From a virus (Duplodnaviria; Caudoviricetes): a DNA stretch of 24,741 bases. Shown piece by piece: positions 1-8,151 of the stretch (position 1 is its first letter; each line of letters opens with the position of its first letter). Under the pieces are notes generated by a model that saw only the letters and a program-made list of their open reading frames with translations, made no database searches and was not told the origin of the DNA. The position numbers and the translations under genes are program-made. Location of the stretch: positions 1 to 24,741 of IMG/VR virus record IMGVR_UViG_3300027734_000299; one strand, given 5' to 3'.

Positions 1-434
1 CAGAACGTCCTTCACGTGAACGTCAAAGGAATTTATTTAATGGTACTCAAGCAAAGTTAACTGTAAATCATTTAATCCCTGGATACCACCTACACATCTT
101 TAATGATGAACCAGGTAGAGTCCAGACCGCACTTGATGGAGGATGGGAGTTTGTCAGTCCTGATGAAGTGGGCGGTGTTAAAGATAGTGTAACGTCTGGT
201 AATACAGACATAGGAGATAAGGTAAGATACCTCGTCGGTACAAGTGAGAAAGGCGATGGTCTTTATGGCTACTTGTTAAAAATTAAACAAGATTGGTTTG
301 ATGAAGATCAAGCAGATTTACAAAAACGTAATGATCGAGTAGATGCTGCAATCCGTGGTGGTGTAAACATTAAGGACGGAACAAGTTCTGATGGTTTCTA
401 TACTCCTAAGGGTGGCATTAACTACAAAACATAA
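1..434 (+). CDS. Conserved phage head-module protein, 5'-truncated (ORF runs off the window; longer than the 168..434 track call)
   Basis: Frame is open from position 3 (ERPSRERQRNLFNG...PGYHLHIFNDEPGRVQTALDGGWEFVSPDEV) into the track ORF. The PGY..GWEFV pattern resembles the gene preceding decoration/capsid genes in this capsid lineage. Confidence 0.7.
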   Translation, partial: ERPSRERQRNLFNGTQAKLTVNHLIPGYHLHIFNDEPGRVQTALDGGWEFVSPDEVGGVKDSVTSGNTDIGDKVRYLVGTSEKGDGLYGYLLKIKQDWFDEDQADLQKRNDRVDAAIRGGVNIKDGTSSDGFYTPKGGINYKT

Positions 435-459
435 ACTTAATTTCTAAAAGGAAATAAAA

Positions 460-1083
460 ATGGCTAACGCAAATACCCCTCGTGGACTTAGCCCAGTAGG
501 AACAATTACTGGTGCTGCGTACAACGAACAGGGTCGCCTCTATGCTATCGCTAACGACGGTTCTAACACTTACGCTATTGGCGATGTTGTTAAAGTTGCT
601 GGTTCAAGCGATGCAAACGGTGTACCTTATGTAACAAAAGCTCTTACTACTGATACACCAGTTGGTGTTATCGTTGGTATTCGTGTATCTGATCCAGGTG
701 TATCTCTTGTAGGTACTACATTGGCTCTAAATACAATTTACTTACCACTTAATTCTGGTCTTCGCTATGTATTTGTAGTGGATGATCCATCAATTATTAT
801 GCAAGTAACAGGTGACGCTACTGGCGTGGCTGCTGCTGACGTATTCAAGAATGCTGGTATGACTATTACAGCTAACCAAACAACTCTTGCTATGTCTGCT
901 CCGCAATCAAGCACAGTATTAAATGCTGCTTCTTTCTTAGCTATTGGATCTTCTGGTTCATTAGCATTACCATTACAAATCATTGGCCTAGTTCAAGCAG
1001 TTAATAATGCTCCTGGTGCTTATGCTCAAACATTGGTAAAATGGAATAAGCATCAATTCCTCAACCCAGTTGGCACTGCTTAA
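460..1083 (+). CDS. Putative capsid decoration/cement protein
   Basis: 207 aa, AAGGA SD, small-residue beta-rich, N-terminus MANANTPRGLSPVG, immediately upstream of the major capsid gene. Confidence 0.6.
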   Translation: MANANTPRGLSPVGTITGAAYNEQGRLYAIANDGSNTYAIGDVVKVAGSSDANGVPYVTKALTTDTPVGVIVGIRVSDPGVSLVGTTLALNTIYLPLNSGLRYVFVVDDPSIIMQVTGDATGVAAADVFKNAGMTITANQTTLAMSAPQSSTVLNAASFLAIGSSGSLALPLQIIGLVQAVNNAPGAYAQTLVKWNKHQFLNPVGTA

Positions 1084-1101
1084 TAATTAGGAGAATATAA
1101 C

Positions 1102-2016
1102 ATGGCTGGTATTATTACAACTGCTTCACATCCGAAGGCCCTATGGCCTGGGATCAAAGCATGGTGGGGTCAAGTCTATGACGAACATAAAGAAGAATAT
1201 TCTTCATTGTTCGATAGCGACACATCATCAATGAACTATGAAGAAGATGTTCAACTTACAGGTTTCGGTTTAGCTCCAGTTAAATCCGAAGGTTCTGGCG
1301 TTGCATACGATTCAGAAATTCAAGGTTTCACAACACGTTATACACACATTGCTTACGCTTTGGGTTATATCGTAACAAAAGAAGAGTTAGATGACAACTT
1401 GTATGAACAAGTATCACGTCGTAGATCTGCTGCATTAGCAATGTCTTTCCGTCAAACGAAAGAAAACGTTGGTGCTAATATCTACAACCGTGCATTTAAT
1501 AGTACATACTTAGGTGGTGATGGTGTTTCTTTATGTAACACAGCACACCCTAACACTTCAGGTGGTACTTTTGCTAATGCTCCTACAGTTGCAGCTGACT
1601 TGTCAGAAGCTTCTTTAGAAGATGCACTAACAGCAATTATGGGTTTCCAAAATGACCGTGGTCTTTTGATCAATGTTATGCCGAAGTCTTTAGTTGTTGC
1701 TCGTCAAAACTTCTGGAATGCACATCGCATTCTTAAGTCAGCATACACACCATCAACAGCAAACAATGCAGTGAACGTTTTAGTAGCGACAAATGCTTTA
1801 CCAGAAGGTATCGTAATGAATCACTATTTAACTTCACCAAATGCTTGGTTTGTACGTACTAACATCCAAAACGGTTTGAAATACTATAGCCGCGTAGGTA
1901 TTCAATTTGATCAAGACAATGATTTTGATACAATGAATGCTAAAGCAAAAGGCTATGAGCGTTATTCATTCGGTTGGACAGATCCACGTGCAATCTATGG
2001 TGTTAACGGTCCTTAA
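1102..2016 (+). CDS. Major capsid protein (Mu gpT-like / HTVC010P-type family)
   Basis: 304 aa, AGGAG SD. Motifs YEEDVQLTGFGLAPVKSEG, TRYTHIAYALGYIVTKEELDDNLY, GGDGVSLCNTAHP, ERYSFGWTDPRAIYG are typical of this family. Followed by a terminator. Confidence 0.92.
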   Translation: MAGIITTASHPKALWPGIKAWWGQVYDEHKEEYSSLFDSDTSSMNYEEDVQLTGFGLAPVKSEGSGVAYDSEIQGFTTRYTHIAYALGYIVTKEELDDNLYEQVSRRRSAALAMSFRQTKENVGANIYNRAFNSTYLGGDGVSLCNTAHPNTSGGTFANAPTVAADLSEASLEDALTAIMGFQNDRGLLINVMPKSLVVARQNFWNAHRILKSAYTPSTANNAVNVLVATNALPEGIVMNHYLTSPNAWFVRTNIQNGLKYYSRVGIQFDQDNDFDTMNAKAKGYERYSFGWTDPRAIYGVNGP

Positions 2017-2030
2017 TTAGGACTACATGA

Positions 2031-2072
2031 GATGTAGAGGGGGCGAGTTAAAGCTCCCTCTTATCTTTATTT
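2031..2072 (+). terminator. Probable intrinsic terminator after the capsid gene
   Basis: Stem AGAGGGGGC (2036-2044) / GCTCCCTCT (2053-2061), extendable by GATG/TATC, followed by TTTATTT. Confidence 0.7.
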
Positions 2073-2082
2073 AGGAGTTATT

Positions 2083-2142
2083 ATGTCATATCCAATAGAA
2101 GAAAAAAAAGGTAAACGCCCACCTGTCAAAAAGGGTAAATAA
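2083..2142 (+). CDS. Lys-rich 19-aa micropeptide MSYPIEEKKGKRPPVKKGK (not in ORF track)
   Basis: AGGAG 5 nt upstream of ATG at 2083; TAA at 2140-2142. Confidence 0.55.
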   Translation: MSYPIEEKKGKRPPVKKGK

Positions 2143-2150
2143 TTTATTGT

Positions 2151-2204
2151 TCTCTGATGACGCTTAGAAATAAGCGTTGTTATAACATACAACGTCAAAG
2201 GAGA
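2151..2204 (+). ncRNA. Candidate structured cis-regulatory RNA enclosing the SD of the 2210 gene
   Basis: TCTCT/GGAGA and TGACG/CGTCA outer stems, CTTA-GAAA-TAAG hairpin with GNRA loop, TTGT/ACAA hairpin: a three-way junction. Confidence 0.5.
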
Positions 2205-2209
2205 TTTTT

Positions 2210-2917
2210 ATGTCAAATCCAACAAGATTTTCAAATGGTGTATCTACAAATGATGCACAGTATTTAATGGGTGATTATCCATTACCAAGTCCATTTACTT
2301 CAAGTGGTTCACGTTCTACAGGAGTTGCTGAGTATGCAAATGATTTTACAAACTCAGTTGCAGAATATACAGCAGCAGGTTCTGGTTCAACATTTGCTTT
2401 AACAGATGGTAACGGTGGTCTTGCAATATTAACACCAGGTGGTGCATCAACAGTATCAGCTGCTTATAAAACAGCAACTAATGTTGCTTTTGTTGCAGGT
2501 AATGCTGTATGGTTCCAATCTAGATTTAAAGTTTCAGCAGTATCAGGTGCTAAATCATTCTATGTAGGTTTAAGAAAAGGTTCAGCAGTAACTGATGGTT
2601 TATGGTTTACTAAACCTGCTTCATCAACATCAGTTAATTTAGTTTCTACAGTAGGTTCTACAGCAACTACATTAGTAACAGGTGTTGCAACAGCAGAGGC
2701 TGATACATACCTTGAATTAGGTTTCTATTTTAATGGTGTAGATTTATTAGTTTATAATAATAATCTTTTAGTAGCTAGAGTTGATGCTCCAACAATTGGT
2801 ACTTCAGGTACAACTTTAACTAGTGTTGCTTTAGGCCCAGTATTGCACATTACACCAACAGCTACTGATACATTAACAGTTGATTATATTTCTGCTTCTG
2901 TAGAAGTTACACGATAA
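2210..2917 (+). CDS. Putative head fibre/spike protein with beta-sandwich (lectin-like) domain
   Basis: 235 aa, AAGGAG SD, N-terminal PTRFSNGV anchor-like motif, S/T/G/A-rich beta strands, post-capsid position. Confidence 0.5.
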   Translation: MSNPTRFSNGVSTNDAQYLMGDYPLPSPFTSSGSRSTGVAEYANDFTNSVAEYTAAGSGSTFALTDGNGGLAILTPGGASTVSAAYKTATNVAFVAGNAVWFQSRFKVSAVSGAKSFYVGLRKGSAVTDGLWFTKPASSTSVNLVSTVGSTATTLVTGVATAEADTYLELGFYFNGVDLLVYNNNLLVARVDAPTIGTSGTTLTSVALGPVLHITPTATDTLTVDYISASVEVTR

Positions 2918-2929
2918 TAGGAGGCCAAT

Positions 2930-3346
2930 ATGGCTAATTCAGTACAGATTCAAACACTAGTTGATAGTGAGCGTAATCTAGTTGTTAAATTAGTTGGTAT
3001 CCTAGATACAAGTAACGTAAGTTTAGCTACATTAATTGACCCAGCACTTGTTGCTGCGGTTAATGCTTCAGGGTTAAACTCACAACAACCTACTAAGGTA
3101 GCAATTAAAAAAGTAACTTACACTGTAGAAGATGGCTTAGCTGTCAACCTTTATTGGGATGCTACAACAGATGTACCTATCTGGAGGTTTGTAGGTAGGG
3201 GATTTGTAATGGGAGAACAGATTGGTTTCTTACAAAATAATGCTGGTGCAGGTGTGACTGGTAAAGTTTTATATGATACAGACGGCTATTCATCAGGCTC
3301 ATTATCATTCAGTTTATTAATTGAATGTATTAAACAATGGAGTTAA
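2930..3346 (+). CDS. Putative virion structural protein
   Basis: 138 aa, AGGAGG SD, beta-rich, in head module. Confidence 0.55.
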   Translation: MANSVQIQTLVDSERNLVVKLVGILDTSNVSLATLIDPALVAAVNASGLNSQQPTKVAIKKVTYTVEDGLAVNLYWDATTDVPIWRFVGRGFVMGEQIGFLQNNAGAGVTGKVLYDTDGYSSGSLSFSLLIECIKQWS

Positions 3347-3347
3347 A

Positions 3348-3698
3348 ATGGAAGATATCATAGGACTATTGTTTTTTGCACGTAATGTTACGCACATTGA
3401 ACATTTAAAAACTAAGAGCTATGCTCAACACAAAGCTCTTGGTCATTTCTATGATGACGTTATTGAGTTAGCAGATAAACTAGCAGAAGCATATCAGGGG
3501 GATCAAGGCCTTTTAGGAGAGATCCCTTTATATGCAAAAATGCCTAATTACCCAATTGATGTATTTTTAGAAAAACAACTTACAACAATTGACGAGTTAC
3601 GTAAAACTGCTACTACTAGATCAGCAATTCAAAACATCATTGATGAGATCATTGAATTATATTTAAGCACACTTTATAAACTAAGGAACTTATCATGA
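3348..3698 (+). CDS. Ferritin/Dps-like helical protein (DUF5856-like); true start likely ATG 3348, not TTG 3321
   Basis: GGAG 5 nt before ATG 3348. Motif THIEHLKTKSYAQHKALGHFYDDVIELADKLAEAYQG and C-terminal IQNIIDEI..L..STLYKL. Confidence 0.7.
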   Translation: MEDIIGLLFFARNVTHIEHLKTKSYAQHKALGHFYDDVIELADKLAEAYQGDQGLLGEIPLYAKMPNYPIDVFLEKQLTTIDELRKTATTRSAIQNIIDEIIELYLSTLYKLRNLS

Positions 3699-3850
3699 TA
3701 GCTTCTGATGCTAAAGTAAAACAAATGGAGATCTCTGCTATTATTACAAGAGCAGACGGAACTATTGAAAATCTTGGAACAATTCAATATTGGCACAAGA
3801 ACCCACTTAAACGATTATTATGGAGAATTAAAAAATGGCTACACTATTAG
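3695..3850 (+). CDS. 51-aa protein (not in ORF track)
   Basis: ATGA overlap with upstream stop, AAGGA SD. MIASDAKVKQMEISAIITRADGTIENLGTIQYWHKNPLKRLLWRIKKWLHY fills the gap exactly. Confidence 0.65.
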   Translation: MIASDAKVKQMEISAIITRADGTIENLGTIQYWHKNPLKRLLWRIKKWLHY

Positions 3851-4200
3851 TAAACACAGGTAAAGCTGTTGTTACAAACCGTATCAAAGGCTCTGGAACT
3901 GAACCTTCCTACGTTGCTTGGGGTACTGGTGCTGGTACAACTGCTGCTACTGATACTACTTTATTTTCAGAAACAGGTACTAGAGTTTTAGGTACATCTA
4001 CACAACAAACAACAACTACAACAAGTGATACATATCAAGTTGTAGGTACACAAACTGCAGGTGGTTCATTATCAATCACTAATGCTGGTTTGTTTGATGC
4101 TATTACATCAGGTAACTTGTTTGTTAAAGGTGACTTTTCTACTATTAGCTTAACTTCTGGCGATAGTATTCAGTTTACAATTAAAGTACAATTTAGTTAA
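3835..4200 (+). CDS. Tail-fibre/collar-associated structural protein
   Basis: LVNTGK...YVAWGTG...AATDTTLFSE...ITNAGLFDA..SGNL motif series is typical of phage fibre-base proteins; GGAG SD. Confidence 0.65.
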   Translation: MATLLVNTGKAVVTNRIKGSGTEPSYVAWGTGAGTTAATDTTLFSETGTRVLGTSTQQTTTTTSDTYQVVGTQTAGGSLSITNAGLFDAITSGNLFVKGDFSTISLTSGDSIQFTIKVQFS

Positions 4201-4220
4201 CCTGATTAGGAGCCAATATT

Positions 4221-5012
4221 ATGGCTATTAATCAATCGGCAATTAACGTAGCGGCTGTTAATGGTACTGCTAGTGTTTTTAACACTCAGCTGTTAACAGT
4301 CAATGCTACAGTTAGTCCTAGCATTGTTTATCAAGGTATTGTAACTTTACTTTTAAGTGTTATTGCATCAACTACTGCTAGTATTTATAAAGGACTCTCT
4401 CAACTCTTAGTAGTTGCCTCTAGGTTCTTTGTAGGTACAGGTGCTCTTGATGGTAATGCTTTAAATACAAGTACTATAAATGCTCAAGCTACGGGTGCAG
4501 TTTCAAGTAACTCATCACTCTTTACTAACTTTTTCTTTTATAGATCTATTACGGCTGCATCAACAGCTTTAAATTCTATTAGAAAAGATGTGCTAGGGCC
4601 TAATGTATTTTTAGTTACTGTTAACTCAACTGTTACTATTACTAAAGCAATAAATAAACTAATAGATCTTGTTTTAAGTACAGCTACAGCTACTATGACA
4701 AGAGCTTTAATTTTATTTAAAGAACTATTAGCTTCAGTTACAAGCAGTGCTACTTTATTAGCTACAAGACTTTACTATAGAACTTTAACTTATATATCTG
4801 TTTCTGTATCTACTATAGTAAAATCTATTCAAAAACCATTGACAATTCTGGTAAATTGTGGTATTATATTAGTTAAGGGTGTAAAAAAGATTCTTACAGT
4901 AGTAGTTACTTCTACAGCTACAATGATTAGAAGTGCTATATCTTTTGTAAAATTCCCTTTAAATAGATTAATATATGCCGCTTCTAAAATTAGAAAAGTC
5001 TTTTATTCTTAA
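4221..5012 (+). CDS. Repetitive hydrophobic S/T/V/L-rich virion fibre-like protein
   Basis: 263 aa, AGGAG SD, degenerate ~18-20 aa repeats (K.L....S.AT..K), almost no acidic residues. Confidence 0.55.
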   Translation: MAINQSAINVAAVNGTASVFNTQLLTVNATVSPSIVYQGIVTLLLSVIASTTASIYKGLSQLLVVASRFFVGTGALDGNALNTSTINAQATGAVSSNSSLFTNFFFYRSITAASTALNSIRKDVLGPNVFLVTVNSTVTITKAINKLIDLVLSTATATMTRALILFKELLASVTSSATLLATRLYYRTLTYISVSVSTIVKSIQKPLTILVNCGIILVKGVKKILTVVVTSTATMIRSAISFVKFPLNRLIYAASKIRKVFYS

Positions 5013-5023
5013 GGATTTAGGGT

Positions 5024-5335
5024 ATGCCTACGGCTTTTTCATATAAAGTAATTACTGAAAACGAACAGTTTACTTTTGATTTTTCCCCAGCTATGGGTAC
5101 AGGAGAGACTATTACGAGTGCTACTAGCACTGCACTAGTAGTTTCTGGTACAGATGCATCTCCTACTTCTATACTTCTTGGTAGTCCTGTAGTTAGTGGT
5201 CAACAAGTAGCTCAAAGAGTTTATGCTGGTTTAGATGGAGTAATCTATCGTATTCAAATGACGGCAGTTACGTCCTCTGCTAATACTTTAGTTCTTTTAG
5301 CTGACTTACAGATTCTTGCTCCACTTAGTGTCTAG
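5024..5335 (+). CDS. Putative fibre-tail adaptor protein
   Basis: 103 aa with pattern K..E..FTFDF...GETITSAT...G.D...G.DGVIYRI. Confidence 0.5.
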   Translation: MPTAFSYKVITENEQFTFDFSPAMGTGETITSATSTALVVSGTDASPTSILLGSPVVSGQQVAQRVYAGLDGVIYRIQMTAVTSSANTLVLLADLQILAPLSV

Positions 5336-5344
5336 GAGACTCAG

Positions 5345-5752
5345 TTGAGTTACATACCTAGATATGATAAAGGCAACTGGATTGCCATGTGTGACGTGTG
5401 CGGTCGTAAGTATAAAGCCAGTGCTCTAACTAAACGTTGGGATGGTCTAATGTGTTGTCAAGAGGATTGGGAAATCCGACAACCACAAGACTTTGTAAGG
5501 GGTATTGCAGATACTCAAATAGCTCCTTGGTTAAGATCAGAACCATCAGATAGCTTTATAGCAGTAACACTAAGTTTGTTAAGTCAACTTTTTTCAACAA
5601 GTACAGCAACTCTACTTACAGTTTTTACAGCAGCACCATACAACTTTTATATAACGAGCCCAGTAACAGTAACCTTGAGTGCTATATTACTCAATCCATC
5701 AACACCAACCCAAATTAATGGGAACCCAATTAATACTACAACATTAAACTAG
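5345..5752 (+). CDS. Zn-finger virion assembly protein with C-terminal fibre-like extension
   Basis: TTG start with AGGAG SD. CDVCG...WDGLMCC..DWE.RQPQDFVRG core plus S/T/L-rich tail ending INGNPINTTTLN. Confidence 0.6.
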   Translation: MSYIPRYDKGNWIAMCDVCGRKYKASALTKRWDGLMCCQEDWEIRQPQDFVRGIADTQIAPWLRSEPSDSFIAVTLSLLSQLFSTSTATLLTVFTAAPYNFYITSPVTVTLSAILLNPSTPTQINGNPINTTTLN

Positions 5753-5761
5753 GATAATATT

Positions 5762-7399
5762 ATGGCAGGATTAAATCTATTTACAAATAATGCATCAACT
5801 ACACTAGCTTCTGGCATTTCAGCAGTAGCTACCTCATTAACAGTGGCACCAGGTACCGGGGCTTTATTCCCGACATTAGCAGGATCACAATACTTTTATA
5901 CTACCTTAAGCAATCTTGCTGGTACTATTATTGAAATTGTTAAAGTAACTGCTAGGTCTACAGACACGTTTACTATTGTCCGTGCTCAAGATAATACAAG
6001 TGCTTCTGCATATATAACTGGTGATAAAGTAGAACTTCGTTTAGTAAATGCTAATTTAACTAACTTTCCACAATTAGACTCTACTAATACTTTTGCACAA
6101 ACTCAAACATTTGTAACTCCTATATTAGGTACCCCTACCTCAGCTACACTTACTAATGCAACAGGTTTACCTTTAACTACTGGTGTTACAGGAACGTTAC
6201 CTATAGCTAATGGTGGTACAGGTACTACATCTACTACATTTACAAACTTAACTACTAATGTAACAGGCACTTTACCAATAGCAAATGGCGGAACTGGTGC
6301 AACAACATTAGCTGCTGCAACAATTGCTACACAAGGATATACAACTACTGCTACTGCGGCTGGAACAACTACACTTACTGTATCTAGCACACAGCTACAA
6401 TTCTTTACAGGAACAACAACGCAAACTGTTACATTGCCTGTAGCTAGCACCTTAACAGCTGGACAAAGATTTGAAATACATAACAACTCTACTGGATCTG
6501 TGACAGTTAATTCTTCTGGAGCTAATTTAGTTGCAACTGTATTAGCTAATACAACAGTAGTCTGTACTTGTATCTTAACTTCTGGTACCACAGCAGCTTC
6601 ATGGGATGCTGATATTCAAGGATTTACCACTACACTTCCTGTAGCTCAAGGCGGAACAGGATTAGCAACACTAACAGCTAACAATGTTATTTTAGGTAAT
6701 GGTACTTCTGCTCCTACATTTGTAGCTCCAGGTACATCTACTAATGTTTTAACTTCTAACGGAACTACATGGACATCTGCAGCTGCCCCTCAACCTGGTC
6801 TTGGTGGAACAACAGTATTTACTGCTAACGGAACATTTACAATTCCTAGCGGTAAAACAGTGGTTAAAGTTACTGTTCAAGCGGGTGGTGGTGGCGGCGG
6901 TAATTATAACGGAGGCGGTGGTGGTGCAGGTGGAGCGGCTGTTAAATATTTAACAGGATTAACTCCTGGCAATACTCTTACTGTAGTTAGAGGAGCTGGC
7001 GGTTCAAACGCCGGTGGTGCTGGAAGCACTTCATCTGTAGCATCAGGAACTCAAATTATAACTACAATTTCAGCAACGGGTGGTGCAGCTGGGACGACTG
7101 GAAATCAACAAAATGGTGATGGTGGTGTTGGTGGTGTTGGTACTAATGGTGATATAAATATTACTGGACAAGGCGGTGGTGGTGGATCAGGTGAAAGTGG
7201 ATGTGGTGGTGGTGTTTCTGTAGGTGGTGTAGGTGGATCAGGTTTATATAGTGGTGGTGGTTATGGATCAGGATCTTCTTATGGCTCTGCTCATAGCGGA
7301 GGTACTGGAACTCTTGGTGGAGGAGGCGGAGGAGGGGCTGGTTATTATTATGCATCTGGCGGTTACGGTGGTAATGGTATTATTGTATTTGAATATTAA
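5762..7399 (+). CDS. Tail fibre protein with Gly-rich C-terminal domain
   Basis: 545 aa. N-terminal NNASTTLASGI...IEIVKVTAR..TIVRAQD attachment domain, LPIANGGTG repeats, GTFTIPSG..VKVTVQAGGGGG...GGNGIIVFEY Gly-rich tip. Confidence 0.85.
   Translation: MAGLNLFTNNASTTLASGISAVATSLTVAPGTGALFPTLAGSQYFYTTLSNLAGTIIEIVKVTARSTDTFTIVRAQDNTSASAYITGDKVELRLVNANLTNFPQLDSTNTFAQTQTFVTPILGTPTSATLTNATGLPLTTGVTGTLPIANGGTGTTSTTFTNLTTNVTGTLPIANGGTGATTLAAATIATQGYTTTATAAGTTTLTVSSTQLQFFTGTTTQTVTLPVASTLTAGQRFEIHNNSTGSVTVNSSGANLVATVLANTTVVCTCILTSGTTAASWDADIQGFTTTLPVAQGGTGLATLTANNVILGNGTSAPTFVAPGTSTNVLTSNGTTWTSAAAPQPGLGGTTVFTANGTFTIPSGKTVVKVTVQAGGGGGGNYNGGGGGAGGAAVKYLTGLTPGNTLTVVRGAGGSNAGGAGSTSSVASGTQIITTISATGGAAGTTGNQQNGDGGVGGVGTNGDINITGQGGGGGSGESGCGGGVSVGGVGGSGLYSGGGYGSGSSYGSAHSGGTGTLGGGGGGGAGYYYASGGYGGNGIIVFEY
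6173..6661 (+). repeat. Three (T)GTLP(I/V)A(N/Q)GGTG fibre repeats
   Basis: LTTGVTGTLPIANGGTG at 6173, LTTNVTGTLPIANGGTG at 6248 (75 nt later), TTTLPVAQGGTG near 6626. Confidence 0.8.
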
Positions 7400-7404
7400 T
7401 TTTA

Positions 7405-8151
7405 ATGGATAAATTTATAGCGTTAAGTGGATTACCTAGATCAGGATCAACTTTACTATCAGCTATACTTTCACAAAATCCTAATATTCATGCAGAAGGC
7501 AATAGTGCAGTATGTCAATTAATGTGGGATATGCAACAATCATGTTTAGGCAATTCAAATGAGCAATTAAAAGCAACTTATAGAGAACAAACTGCTTTTG
7601 ATTTAATATCATCAATACCTAAAACATATTATAAAGATACTAATGCAAAAGTAATTATAGATAAGTGTAGGTCTTGGACACTACCTGATAATATGCAAAT
7701 GCTTTATAGTTATTTTGAACACAAACCAAAAGTGATTGTATTAGAAAGACCTATTATTGAAATAGTAAAATCTTTTGTAGCATTAAGAATAACTAACAAT
7801 TGGGAAGGAAATCCTGAAGATGGATTGTTAGATACATGGTCAGAACCTATTATGCGTTCTTATGAAGGTGTAAAATGGGCAAAAGCCAATAATAATGGTG
7901 AGTTTTTATTTGTTCAATATGATGATTTGGTAAATAACACTCAAGATACAATAGATACAATATATGAGTTTTGTGAGTTAGAGTGTTTTGAACATGATTT
8001 TAACAACATTACAAACAAGCATCCTGAAGATGACACAGTTTATAATATGATTGGTCAGCATGATGTAAGACCTACCATAAATAAAAAAGACTTGGATGTA
8101 GTTCTTACAGATGCTACAATAAAAAAATGTAAGGCAATAGAGAATAAATGA
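7405..8151 (+). CDS. PAPS-dependent sulfotransferase family protein
   Basis: 5'-phosphosulfate loop GLPRSGSTLL, IDK, 3'-phosphate motif KVIVLERPIIEIVKSF, FVQYDDLV. Confidence 0.85.
   Translation: MDKFIALSGLPRSGSTLLSAILSQNPNIHAEGNSAVCQLMWDMQQSCLGNSNEQLKATYREQTAFDLISSIPKTYYKDTNAKVIIDKCRSWTLPDNMQMLYSYFEHKPKVIVLERPIIEIVKSFVALRITNNWEGNPEDGLLDTWSEPIMRSYEGVKWAKANNNGEFLFVQYDDLVNNTQDTIDTIYEFCELECFEHDFNNITNKHPEDDTVYNMIGQHDVRPTINKKDLDVVLTDATIKKCKAIENK

Noticed and set aside
2008-2030. Programmed frameshift extending the capsid at CCT-TAA
   Set aside because: Both shifted frames stop almost at once (+1: CTT AAT TAG; -1: TGA within six codons).
2154-2180. Hammerhead ribozyme (CTGATGA followed by a hairpin and GAAA)
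   Set aside because: The GAAA is the hairpin loop. The base of stem II is followed by TTGT rather than the required GAAA, and stems I and III cannot be built.
3321-3347. TTG start called by the track for the Dps-like gene
   Set aside because: It overlaps the upstream gene and has no SD; ATG 3348 has a GGAG and matches the expected domain start.
6840-7399. Diversity-generating retroelement target or CRISPR-like repeats in the fibre tip
   Set aside because: The GGT repeats are Gly codons. No template repeat, reverse transcriptase or repeat-spacer array was seen in the window.
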